Assembly (NCBI GenBank): GCA_963666985.2
Contig: CAXXIA010000002.1
Coordinates: 1,888,001 to 1,952,000 of the forward strand
Length of the DNA: 64,000 nucleotides
Direction of reading: 5' to 3'
Source: Spirochaetia bacterium
GTDB taxonomy: Bacteria; Spirochaetota; Spirochaetia; DSM-2461
A model generated the notes under the pieces. It saw nothing but the letters and a program-made list of their open reading frames with translations, did not search any database and was not told where the DNA came from. Below, one piece after another: positions 20,935 to 29,464 of this stretch; within the stretch, counting starts at the first letter, position 1; each line of letters opens with the position of its first letter. The position numbers and the translations under genes were made by a program.

Positions 20935-21906
20935 TCATTCTGCTATTTCTATGGGACTTCTTACTAAATCTGTATTTTTGAAGCCTTTATTTTCTAAGAA
21001 AGATCTTAAACTTTGTTCTGTCCTTTTGGGATCAAGTGAATTTCCATAAGAAATTTTGCTAATAGGAATTTGAATAATTTCTGCATTCTTCTCATCATTA
21101 CTTATTTTTTTGTAAAAGCCCAACTCATGATATGGTATTAACAGATTATTTCTTTCCCGGAAATTTATACTTACATTATTCTGAGAGGGGTAGGACACAA
21201 TTCTCCATTCTTTTTCTTCATTAAATTCTTTTCTTTTGATGTATGGGATAATATATATTATTATGTCTTTCAAAAATTCTATTATCAATCTAAAACGGAT
21301 ATCTTCTTTTTTTGCATCATTTTTTATATTCTTTATCCTATCATATAATTCAACAACAGTATTATTTGTAATAGATAATATAAAATTTTTTTGTTCCTCA
21401 AATTCATATAATACTGGTTTGGGACTTAAACATGGTAAAAAATTCTTTCTTGTAATAGAATCATGATGTGGTCCTATAACAATACCATCTATATTGTTTA
21501 AGCAAAAACAATATCCTCTTCCGTTTTGCCCATATTCCCTCCATTGGCCTAGTAAATCGTCTTTTTCACAAAACGACGCTATATAGATTTCTGTATCTAA
21601 AATTTTGTAACTATTGATTCCCTTTTCAAGAGGAATTAGAATAACCTCCAATGCTAACTTTATGATTTCTTTATCACCAATATTATTTTCAATCACCTCT
21701 CTTACAACTTGTATCCCATATTCAATTTCATTTGGATCATTCAGAAAGCTATAGTGAGTAGCCCATAAACTATTAGTATCAACAATATTCTTTAGGCCGC
21801 TAGCTGTTGTATAGTGGTATAGCTTATTAATGTCTTTATTCTGAAAATATTTATCAACCTCATCAGAGATTTTATCAAGAAAATATAGATATTTCTCTTC
21901 AGCCAT
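20935..21906 (-). CDS. DUF2971 domain protein
   Basis: LYHYT...LWAT....LNDPNE, SFCE..DLLGQWREYG, K...F.EEKEWR. Confidence 0.85.
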   Translation of the reverse strand: MAEEKYLYFLDKISDEVDKYFQNKDINKLYHYTTASGLKNIVDTNSLWATHYSFLNDPNEIEYGIQVVREVIENNIGDKEIIKLALEVILIPLEKGINSYKILDTEIYIASFCEKDDLLGQWREYGQNGRGYCFCLNNIDGIVIGPHHDSITRKNFLPCLSPKPVLYEFEEQKNFILSITNNTVVELYDRIKNIKNDAKKEDIRFRLIIEFLKDIIIYIIPYIKRKEFNEEKEWRIVSYPSQNNVSINFRERNNLLIPYHELGFYKKISNDEKNAEIIQIPISKISYGNSLDPKRTEQSLRSFLENKGFKNTDLVRSPIEIAE

Positions 21907-22036
21907 TTTTCATACCTTAATTCCAAGATATACTACTTTTTCATCACTTTCCCGATAAGTAATATATATATCGTAAAATACTGTAGTGGAATTCCCAGCT
22001 TTTGATAGACACTGCTAAACTCAAAATGAGGAAGGA

Positions 22037-22333
22037 GTGTACATCATGGGAAGTCCGCGATATTCGGACGAATTCAAGGCAGAAGCAGTCGGCCAGGTTG
22101 TTGAGCGGGGCTACTCCATCAAGGAAGTCTCTGAGCGTATAGGAGTCTCAACCCATAGCCTCTATAAGTGGCTGAAGGCCGATTCTCGAAATCCAAAAGC
22201 ACCAGAATCGGCAAAAGCAAATAAGGAGCTTGAAGTCGAGAATGCCAGGCTGAAAGCAGAGCTGCGGCGGGTGCAGGAAGAGCGAGATATCTTAAAAAAA
22301 GCCGCGGCATACTTCGCGAGTCAGTCCGAGTAA
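22037..22333 (+). CDS. IS3 transposase OrfA
   Basis: Identical to 5576..5872. Confidence 0.92.
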   Translation: MYIMGSPRYSDEFKAEAVGQVVERGYSIKEVSERIGVSTHSLYKWLKADSRNPKAPESAKANKELEVENARLKAELRRVQEERDILKKAAAYFASQSE

Positions 22334-22371
22334 GATATGCCTTCATCAAAAACTACAGGGCTGAATTCAGA

Positions 22372-23190
22372 GTGAAGACTATGTGCCGGGTTCTCGATGT
22401 CAATCGAAGCGGATTCTATGCATGGTTGAGAAAACCTCAATCAGAGAGAAAGATTGAAGACATTCGGTTGTTGAAGAAGATTCGCCACTTCTACGAAGAA
22501 AGCGATCAGGTCTACGGAAGTCCACGAATCCATGAGGATTTGATGGAAGACGGAGAATCCTGCAGCGTCCATCGAGTAGCCAGAATCATGCGAGAGCATG
22601 GTATCAGGGCGATGGTCGGCTTCAAGATGCGTCGATTCAAGTATGGAAAACCGTCCCAGGCTGCCCCGAACCATCTCCAGCAGGACTTTAATGTAGAAGA
22701 ACCCGATACTGCGTGGACAACGGATATTACCTATATTCGAACTCATGAAGGTTGGCTGTATCTCGCAGTTGTCATGGATCTTTATTCCAGGAGAATCATC
22801 GGCTGGTCCATGCAGAACACGCTTCATCGTGATCTGGTTATCCAGGCCTTACTGACAGCTGTTTGGAAGAGACGCCCGAAAAACAAAGTCCTTATCCATT
22901 CCGATCAGGGCGGCCAATTTGACAGCGGTGACTGGATTAGATTCTGTCGTGACAACGGACTGAAGAGAAGTATGAGCCGTCGTGGAAACTGCTGGGACAA
23001 TGCAGCCATGGAATCATTCTTTGGTAGTTTGAAGAAGGAACGGATTCGCCGGAAGACATATCGAACAAGGGATGAAGCACGGTCTGATGTGTTCGATTAT
23101 ATTGAAGCATTTTACAACCGGAAGCGTCGCCACAAGCATCTTGGCGGGATCTCTCCGGTTGAATTTGAAAAGGGTTCTATTGCAAGCTAG
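22372..23190 (+). CDS. IS3 transposase OrfB
   Basis: Identical to 4719..5537. Confidence 0.95.
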   Translation: MKTMCRVLDVNRSGFYAWLRKPQSERKIEDIRLLKKIRHFYEESDQVYGSPRIHEDLMEDGESCSVHRVARIMREHGIRAMVGFKMRRFKYGKPSQAAPNHLQQDFNVEEPDTAWTTDITYIRTHEGWLYLAVVMDLYSRRIIGWSMQNTLHRDLVIQALLTAVWKRRPKNKVLIHSDQGGQFDSGDWIRFCRDNGLKRSMSRRGNCWDNAAMESFFGSLKKERIRRKTYRTRDEARSDVFDYIEAFYNRKRRHKHLGGISPVEFEKGSIAS

Positions 23191-23385
23191 AGGTGTCTAT
23201 AGAAGTCTGGGAATTCCATAGAACCGTATTAAGCAGTATAACACGGTTCATTCTTGGAAAGTATAATATTGGGAAAGAAACTTGTTGCCCGATATGGCCT
23301 ACTTTTATCCGTCCATAGTCCTCTGAATCACGTCCTGTGATTCAGAGGAAATATTTATTGGTCCTATTGCCAGATTTCGTCGTAA

Positions 23386-23591
23386 AACAGCTGTTGATGC
23401 GCTCCGGCCGATAAAGGTGTTTACCGGCCTTCGGGGCTTCGCCCAAATTTCGTTTTGGCGATGGCTCTTGCAAATGTGTCTCCAGAAGTGATGTGATAAG
23501 CTGAAGAGCGAACGGGCTTTCTGTTAAAGTGCAAGAGCACATGCCAACCGGCTTCGCCGGACACGAAACGTTCGCATAACAGCGAGCCGTT
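23386..23591 (+). repeat. attC-like repeat 17 (206 bp)
   Basis: Conserved ends. Confidence 0.9.
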
Positions 23592-23694
23592 TGATGAACT
23601 TTTCGTTTTGAAGTCGTTTTATCTTGTTTGAATCATTGGGAATGATTTTCTTATTGTGAAAATGATATTTTTTATGCCAGCGAATTTATGCAAA

Positions 23695-23845
23695 TTATAC
23701 GGTAATCAAATTTTGATTCTTTTTAAGAATCTTCGTTAAGGATCTCCCCAGTATTTTACTTCAATTCCAATATCTTCAAGAAGAGCCGTAACTCCAAGTT
23801 GATCGGCGCAAGTCTTACACGCAGAAACCTTTGCACCATTTTTGC
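23695..23845 (-). pseudogene. C-terminal fragment of a DsrE-like protein, frameshifted
   Basis: Manual translation: GAKVSACKTCADQLGVTALLEDIGIEVKYWGDP, frameshift, TKILKKNQNLITV*. Confidence 0.5.
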
Positions 23846-24226
23846 TTAATTTCTACCCAATTGAATCATCTTAATAATTTCTTCTTCCGTTACCGGTATA
23901 TCATAATCTCCTGTAAGTTTCCCAGGATAGTGATACGCAATCCCCTCTTTCTCATTTCTTTCGAGACAATCTAAAAGCTGTTCAGTGCTATTATTCTTAA
24001 TAAATCTGGCAAATGCTCTTATTCGTATTTTATCCAGCATACTTCCATTACATGGAAATTCATCGCATTCCCAACAACCATTGAGTTCTCTTTCTTTGCA
24101 ACAGCGAAGATTTTTACACCATTCCTTATTTGCACAACCATCATTACGGCAACCAAGACAATCTGCATTCTCACTGCAAACAGCACAACCAAGACCGCAA
24201 TATGCAATGCCTTTTTGTCTATCCAT
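23846..24226 (-). CDS. DUF3795 Cys-rich protein
   Basis: IAYCGLGC..C....C.GC...CC.ER.L.GCWEC.EFPC. Confidence 0.8.
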   Translation of the reverse strand: MDRQKGIAYCGLGCAVCSENADCLGCRNDGCANKEWCKNLRCCKERELNGCWECDEFPCNGSMLDKIRIRAFARFIKNNSTEQLLDCLERNEKEGIAYHYPGKLTGDYDIPVTEEEIIKMIQLGRN

Positions 24227-24254
24227 ACACTTTATCTCTTTTAAGAAATCTGGA

Positions 24255-24581
24255 TTATCGTAATTGACGATTCAACAAAATATCTTCAACATTTCTGCGT
24301 CCGTCCATGACGGCCATAATAAAAATCTTTTGTTGTTCTATCCGGTAAATCACTCGCCATGGAGAGATAATAATCTCACGATATCGATAAACATTCAGAT
24401 CCTTCAATTCGGGAACAACGCGCCCGTGCTGTGGGAAGTCCGCCAGTCTGGATACTTCGGATTCGATTTTATCAAGAATCTTGAAAGCAATGGTACTTGA
24501 GTCTATTTTGATATACTCAATGATTTCAAAGAGATCTTCACGGGCAGTTTTTGTCCAGAAAATCCGAAACGGTTTAGGCAT
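24255..24581 (-). CDS. RelE/ParE family toxin
   Basis: A..DL.EI.EYI...FP..GRVVPE...WRVIYR...DGRR. Confidence 0.88.
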   Translation of the reverse strand: MPKPFRIFWTKTAREDLFEIIEYIKIDSSTIAFKILDKIESEVSRLADFPQHGRVVPELKDLNVYRYREIIISPWRVIYRIEQQKIFIMAVMDGRRNVEDILLNRQLR

Positions 24582-24849
24582 TTTCTAAAAGGTTCCGAGC
24601 GTCTTGAAAGACTGAGGCATGTTCTACAAGTTCGTTGTTTTCGATATCTCTTTCGCCTGTAGCCATAAGTTTAAGAATCCCAAGGCTATTTCTCATATCT
24701 TGATAAGACTTTGTATCCATAAGGACAGCTTTCGCTTCACCATTTTGAGTTATCACAATAGGGCTATGAGTTTCATTAACGCGTTTGAGCATATCGGCGG
24801 CATTCGTCTTGATATATGAAATTGGCTTAATATCTTCCGAAACATTCAT
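24574..24849 (-). CDS. Phd/YefM family antitoxin
   Basis: DIKPISY.K......VNET.SPIVITQNGEAKAVL. Confidence 0.88.
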   Translation of the reverse strand: MNVSEDIKPISYIKTNAADMLKRVNETHSPIVITQNGEAKAVLMDTKSYQDMRNSLGILKLMATGERDIENNELVEHASVFQDARNLLENA

Positions 24850-24937
24850 AGTGTTCTCCTAACCTATCTAGTCTTTATATGTTACTCCAAAAAGACTGGC
24901 GAGGCAATGTGAGAGTGTGAGTAGGAAAAGTTCATCA

Positions 24938-25137
24938 AACAGCTGTTGATGCGCTCCGGCCGCTAAAGGTGTTTAGCGGCCTTCGGGGCTTCGCCCAAAT
25001 TTGCCTCTATCACAGATTTTGCGTAAGACTTTCGCTGTGGTAAGATGAGTTGTAGTTAGCGGATGAGATTGTGAAGATTCGCAAAATCTCCGCCAGTCGC
25101 TTCGCGAACGGCAAACTTCGCATACCAGCAGAACGTT
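24938..25137 (+). repeat. attC-like repeat 18 (200 bp)
   Basis: Conserved ends. Confidence 0.9.
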
Positions 25138-25349
25138 ATAAGCCATTTTTCTGTATAGATTTATATGTAACAAATAAGAATAACAAATAGCGCCAGATGG
25201 ATTATTCGCAAAAGGAGAACGCGCGATAGCTATAAGGCGGTCCTTGAAGTATACTAAGTATACAGAAATTGCTTCTCTTCACACTTCATTTGGCATTTAC
25301 TCTCTTCTGAGTTGAGGAGATTACGATTTTGAACAAAGGAGGAGTGAAA

Positions 25350-26243
25350 ATGAGGATCGGGACGTTCAATGTAGAGAATCTATTTGCGAGGTATAGATTT
25401 AACAGCAACTTTGATCCGATTAATAGCGATGGATTTTCAATAAATAATCTTGCTTTTAGCATTAACGATGAAACTGCAAAACAAATAACCGCAAAGGCAA
25501 TACGAGAAGTAGATGCTGATATCTTAGCATTACAGGAAGTTGATAATCTAAAAGTTCTTGATCGATTTGTTTCAAGCTATCTTGCAAAAGAAAAGTATAA
25601 GCATCGGATATTGATTGATGCATTTGATCCAAGAAATATCGATGTTGCACTCATTTCTAGATATCCAATTAAGAATGTAAAAACTTATAGGTCTGAAAGA
25701 AATAGATCAAATACTGCGAGTCTTTTCTCAAGAGATTGTCTTGAGGTTGTGATTGATGCTGAAGGAAAAGAATTGACGGTATATGTTAATCATTTCAAAT
25801 CAATGTTAGGTGGTCGTGATAATACTTTTACTAGGAGAAAAGAACAAGTTGAAAAAGTTGCTGAAATTATAAAGGAAGCATGGCAGATAAAGAACTACGA
25901 AGGCAACTATGCAGTAGTCGGTGATTTTAATGATTATTTAGAAGGCCGGACCTCGCTGACTGATTTGATTACACATCCAGGATTGAAGAATGTCAGTGAA
26001 CGTATTTTAGAATCAGAAAGATGGACTCACTTTTGGGCCGGTGGCAATGAATATAGACAATTAGATTTCATACTACTATCCCCTCAGTTGGCCGAAATAA
26101 ATAATAATGCTCCAGACATAATGAGAATGGGGCTTCCTTATCGAGCCGAAAAATATTCTGGAGATCGGTTTGATTTCGTTGGAGAAAACACTCCAAAGGC
26201 GTCTGATCATTGTCCTATTGTCATGGATATAGAATTAGTTTAG
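25350..26243 (+). CDS. Endonuclease/exonuclease/phosphatase (EEP) family protein
   Basis: GTFNVENLF, LALQEV, NHFKS, GDFND, SDHCP; GGAGG RBS. Confidence 0.9.
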   Translation: MRIGTFNVENLFARYRFNSNFDPINSDGFSINNLAFSINDETAKQITAKAIREVDADILALQEVDNLKVLDRFVSSYLAKEKYKHRILIDAFDPRNIDVALISRYPIKNVKTYRSERNRSNTASLFSRDCLEVVIDAEGKELTVYVNHFKSMLGGRDNTFTRRKEQVEKVAEIIKEAWQIKNYEGNYAVVGDFNDYLEGRTSLTDLITHPGLKNVSERILESERWTHFWAGGNEYRQLDFILLSPQLAEINNNAPDIMRMGLPYRAEKYSGDRFDFVGENTPKASDHCPIVMDIELV

Positions 26244-26293
26244 ATCGTAAAAGGAATTAGGATAGGTAATACTACTCAGACAAAATGGCTTAT

Positions 26294-26503
26294 AACAGCT
26301 GTTGATGCGCTCCGGCCGCTAAAAGTGTTTAGCGGCCTCCGGGGCTTCGCCCAAATTTCGTTTTGGCATGGCGTCTTGCAGATGCAGATCCAGAAGTGAT
26401 GTGATACAGTCAAAGGCGAACATGGTGTTGCTGTAGAAGAGCAAGAGCACATGCCAACCGGCTTTCAGCCGGACACGAAACGTTCGCATAACAGCGGGCC
26501 GTT
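26294..26503 (+). repeat. attC-like repeat 19 (210 bp)
   Basis: Conserved ends. Confidence 0.9.
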
Positions 26504-26742
26504 TGATGACAGAATTAATTTAGGAAATAGTTTTTCTCATTTTTAAAAAAAGAGAAGGCAATTCCCCGTACAAATATCAATTTAAATTCGTGAAAAGCTC
26601 TGAAAGTTTTTGAGAAAAATCAAAGTGTTCCAGTTGTCGAGGTTGTTTCTCCTGATATGAGTCTTGTTCAGTTGAATAAGAACAAGAGAGCCTTTTCACG
26701 GTGTTTGATCTTTATGGGCTTTGCTTAATTCCGTCATCAAAC
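26501..26742. other. ORF-less cassette, copy 4 of 4
   Basis: Near-identical to 8547..8789. Confidence 0.8.
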
Positions 26743-26810
26743 AGCTGTTGATGTCAACACCGACGAAACATTTCCGGATTTCACCGATTTAGTTTTTCCG
26801 GTTTTGGGCG

Positions 26811-27575
26811 TCAAAGGAAGTCAACGACTCCCGCTTTCAACCGATCCTTCATTCGGTACGAGTCTCCTTGAAGACTCAGGATATGAGCATGGTGAAGCAG
26901 ACGGTCCAGGGTTGCACTGGCAACAGCCTCATCACTCATTATCTCCGCCCATCTGCCAAATGGCTTGTTCGTCGTAATGATCATACTCCCCTGTTCATAC
27001 CGGGCATTCACAACCTGGAAGAAAAGATTAGCCTGTTCGGGTGTCAGCTTCTCGTAACCGACTTCATCGATGAGAAGCAGGTGCGGTTTTCGGAGCCATA
27101 CCAGCCGACGCTTGAGCCGGTTGTTCTCTCGGGCAAGAACCAGGTTCTCAATGAGGTCGATGCAGGTGGTATGGTAGGTGGTGAATCCCTCCATGCAGGC
27201 CTTGTGCCCCAGGGCCAGCATCAGATGAGATTTTCCCAGGCCGCTGGGACCCATGAGAATGACGTTCTCCTTTCGCTCGATGAAGGCCAGAGAGGAGAGC
27301 TCGTCAAACTGGCGGTTGGTGATACCACCTTTGAGCCACCCCCTGTCGAAGTCTTCCAGCCTTTTCACTGCCGGCATTCCTGAAAGCTTCAAGCGGCTCT
27401 TGGCGCTCCGTTCTTTACGGGGGATGTATTCAAGTTCCATCAAGTCGGCAACGATATCCAGTACCGTCTGTTCCTGCCGGCGGGGTTCTGCCAGGAAGGA
27501 TTCCAGTCCTGCGGACATGAAACTCATACCCAGCGAATTCATTCTCTCGGTGACGGTCTCAAGTTTGATATTCAT
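26811..27575 (-). CDS. istB: IS21 helper ATPase IstB
   Basis: GPSGLGKS Walker A, LLLIDEVGY, LDRLLHH, GDSYR. Confidence 0.95.
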   Translation of the reverse strand: MNIKLETVTERMNSLGMSFMSAGLESFLAEPRRQEQTVLDIVADLMELEYIPRKERSAKSRLKLSGMPAVKRLEDFDRGWLKGGITNRQFDELSSLAFIERKENVILMGPSGLGKSHLMLALGHKACMEGFTTYHTTCIDLIENLVLARENNRLKRRLVWLRKPHLLLIDEVGYEKLTPEQANLFFQVVNARYEQGSMIITTNKPFGRWAEIMSDEAVASATLDRLLHHAHILSLQGDSYRMKDRLKAGVVDFL

Positions 27576-28825
27576 ACCGAGACTCCCACAGCGACAAAGC
27601 GCTCATAGTAGGCAGGATTTCTGATATCGACGATGGTCTGCTCATCTTGTTGCTTCCGGACTGGTTTTTTCGCCGACTTCTTACGCTGCTTCTCCCACAG
27701 GGTAAAGAGTGCTTCCCGATCTTCATTGCGGATATCCTTCTGCCGGGAGCCAGCTGGAAGGAGATTGAATAGCCGTATGGAAACCTTCCCATTGAGGATT
27801 TCCCCCTGCATGGAAAGCGCATCGATTTTCAGCGTCAGCTTCTTACCAACCAATACAGGCGGCACGCTGTACTTGTTAGTCTTGTAGGTGACTGAGCCTT
27901 CTCGACTGACAATGAGCTGAATGCTGTCACGGTAGTCAAAAGCTCCCTCTGGCGGTGCCGGTTGCAGGAAGGATTTCTCCACCTCATATCGCTGGGCACG
28001 ACTTTCCTGGTAGTCCCGGAGCTCTTTCTGCTGAACTTCAGTCAGCCAGGGCAGAATGGCGTCATTGAGTTCTTCGATCGTCTTCAGGCCACTACGCCGT
28101 GCCTGAGAAAGGAAGTTACCCGAAAGGTAGTCGATGAACCTCTCTACTTTTCCTTTGGTCTGGGGACGCCTGACGGCGCATCGTCTTGGAGAGAAACCGT
28201 AGGAGGAAGCGAACTCCAGTAACCGGGAGTTGGTCTTCCACTCTTCTCCGTCGTGGACCCATGCTGTTTTCATGTTGTCGTACAATACAGTCTGAGGAAC
28301 ACCGCCAAAATACTCAAAGGCTTTCTGGTGGCAGGCCAGCAGTGTGCCGCTGGTCATATCGGTGGTGAATCTCACATAGGGAGTCCGGCTGTAGCCGAGG
28401 ACCATGACGAAGGCGTAGACGCCTCGCCAGTGTTCCTTCGGCAATATCTTCCAGTCCATCTGTGCCTGGTAGCCGGCCTGGGTTTCGAAGCGGCGAACTA
28501 CTTCTCTCTGAATCTCATCTCGGGTCTCTTTGGCGAAATCACGGAGGATGGTGATTCCTCCGGTGTAACCCATGGCGCAAAGATTCTTATAAAGCACCTC
28601 GCAATTGAAGAGCGGTTCCTCCTCAAGTACACTGCGAATATGGGATTTGAAGTGGTCGAGCTTGCTCTTCCGTTTCTTCCTGGGGCTCATTTTGGGACTG
28701 TGTCCGCTGAGGTAATTTCGAACCGTTCGGTCGGTAACGCCGAGTATTTCGGCGATTCGGTACTGCTTGTACCCTTCCTTGGCCAGCACTTGAGCCTGGT
28801 GCATGCGTTTCTCCTGGAGCTTCAC
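27572..28825 (-). CDS. istA: IS21 transposase IstA
   Basis: RFET..G.QAQMDW, LYDNMKT, PQTKGKVER. Confidence 0.95.
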   Translation of the reverse strand: MKLQEKRMHQAQVLAKEGYKQYRIAEILGVTDRTVRNYLSGHSPKMSPRKKRKSKLDHFKSHIRSVLEEEPLFNCEVLYKNLCAMGYTGGITILRDFAKETRDEIQREVVRRFETQAGYQAQMDWKILPKEHWRGVYAFVMVLGYSRTPYVRFTTDMTSGTLLACHQKAFEYFGGVPQTVLYDNMKTAWVHDGEEWKTNSRLLEFASSYGFSPRRCAVRRPQTKGKVERFIDYLSGNFLSQARRSGLKTIEELNDAILPWLTEVQQKELRDYQESRAQRYEVEKSFLQPAPPEGAFDYRDSIQLIVSREGSVTYKTNKYSVPPVLVGKKLTLKIDALSMQGEILNGKVSIRLFNLLPAGSRQKDIRNEDREALFTLWEKQRKKSAKKPVRKQQDEQTIVDIRNPAYYERFVAVGVSV

Positions 28826-29309
28826 GGGCAGTGTCCTTTTCGATGGGTGTATGGTTACTCCATCTTAGGGATACTCGCCCGTTTTTATTGGCTCAAAACC
28901 GGAAATCTTATTCCGGTGTTTTCAGGAAATTTATCACCGGTGCTGACAGTTGATACGCTCCGGCCGCTAAATCTCTTTAGCGGCCTTCGGGCCGAGAAGA
29001 TGGTTATTAGTTGAGTGTTATGATATTTGCCAAGAGGAAATGAGATTGAAACGGCTCGGCCAAATTTCGCTTTGGCTGCTTTTGTTGAGATGTCTTGGTT
29101 CGTAATCTGTGGTAATGTTAAAAGCGAGCGGAGGTTCTGGTAATACCGTGGGGCAGCCAACCGGCTCCGCCGGACGCGAAACTTCGTATACCAGCAGACC
29201 GTTTTACGAAAAAATCCAAAGGCCTTTTACCGTGGCGGCGTCCGTGCCGCCACGAATAGTTTCATGTAAGGAAATAGGGTTATTTGAAGTTAAGAAGATT
29301 CGTAAAAAT

Positions 29310-29436
29310 AACGCCCGCATCAGCTGCAAGTTCGTCCCGAAGGGTTGGCGCGATTTTTGAGTAAAGGAACGATTAGTTCCGTAACGGCCGAAGGCAAAAA
29401 TCGTGACAAAGAAATTGTCAGTTGCATGCGTTTGTT
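29310..29436 (-). repeat. Second-type, canonical-looking attC (127 bp) on the minus strand, nested inside a cassette
   Basis: Minus strand reads GCATAAC AAACGCATGCAACTGAC...TTGCAGCTGATGCGGGC GTTATTT; lies just downstream of the R-M gene; matching GTTATGCAT start at 31908. Confidence 0.75.
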
Positions 29437-29464
29437 ATGCATTCTTTTCAAAGTCAGACAAATT

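Larger units (their letters stand above)
21987..23218 (+). mobile_element. IS3-family element, copy 2 (1232 bp), 3-bp target duplication TAG
   Basis: TGGAATTCCCAG ends; TAG at 21984-21986 and 23219-23221. Confidence 0.95.
26752..28948 (-). mobile_element. IS21-family element (2197 bp), 5-bp target duplication GTTGA
   Basis: Ends TGTCAACACCG / CGGTGCTGACA with internal repeated subterminal motifs; istA-istB pair. Confidence 0.93.
26740..29203 (+). repeat. attC-like repeat 20, split by IS21 (26740-26751 and 28949-29203)
   Basis: AACAGCTGTTGA, IS, then GTTGATACGCTCC...CAGACCGTT; same subtype as repeat 6. Confidence 0.88.

Noticed and set aside
5923..21986. Shared TGTAG flank next to the same end of both IS3 copies as evidence of an inversion
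   Set aside because: Only 5 bp match, copy 2 has an intact TAG duplication, and all repeats between the copies keep the same orientation
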